The translations under genes were made by a program, and so were the position numbers. A stretch of 64,000 bases of DNA, taken from positions 66,586 through 130,585 of the forward strand of contig JAHLWZ010000807.1 in the NCBI GenBank assembly GCA_020536535.1. The letters are read 5' to 3'. This document shows positions 63,929 to 64,000 of this stretch, in pieces (position 1 is the first letter of the stretch; each line of letters opens with the position of its first letter). The stretch is from Pelomyxa schiedti (Eukaryota; Protista; Evosea). Under the pieces are notes generated by a model. The model saw only the letters and a list, made by a program, of their open reading frames with translations, did no database searches and was not told the DNA's origin.

Positions 63929-64000
63929 GAGGATGTGGTGCAGTGGTATTACTATTGGCTACAGACGGTATCACTGGCGACCAGGGGTCGTGGGATCAAC
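63929..64000 (+). ncRNA. tRNA-like cassette, copy 3 (truncated by window end)
   Basis: Identical to copy 1 up to the T loop. Confidence 0.5.

Larger units (their letters stand above)
62422..64000. repeat. 729-bp tandem repeat, at least 2.2 apparently identical copies, runs off right edge
   Basis: Units start with GAGCCGGCTCCATG at 62422, 63151 and 63880. Identical ORFs occur at 62704 and 63433. Confidence 0.97.

Overview
Gene-dense eukaryotic genomic DNA with about 20 protein-coding genes. They are broken by many short (typically 40-55 nt) GT-AG introns, occasionally GC-AG, so the ORF track shows only exon fragments. Gene content and intron style point to an amoebozoan protist, and an archamoeba such as Pelomyxa is my best guess (inference). 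In order: RNF213-like giant (5' part), UBA2, bacterial-like secreted beta-helix protein, GPI-anchored LRR protein, ROCO kinase, RCC1-Sec7-PH ArfGEF, WASH1-like, unknown membrane protein, divergent actin, intronless lineage-specific gene, GH20 hexosaminidase, spinster-like MFS, DUSP-UBA, TKL kinase, bacterial-like Zn deaminase, GH16, RRM-zinc-knuckle SR protein, glutaredoxin-fold/PH-like protein, NPC1-like and SmgGDS-like. The window ends in an apparently exact 729-bp tandem array. Each unit carries an intron-containing tRNA-like Pol III cassette (anticodon ACA, broken acceptor stem), and the array starts at a perfect 34-bp palindrome. Other highlights are a GW/WG (Argonaute-hook-like) insert in the RNF213-like protein, a one-LRR-per-exon symmetric cassette array, a candidate U12 intron inside the kinase DFG motif, in-frame micro-exons carrying catalytic motifs, and three intron-containing bacterial-like genes. 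All exon structures were spliced by eye, and family assignments come from motif recall rather than database searches.
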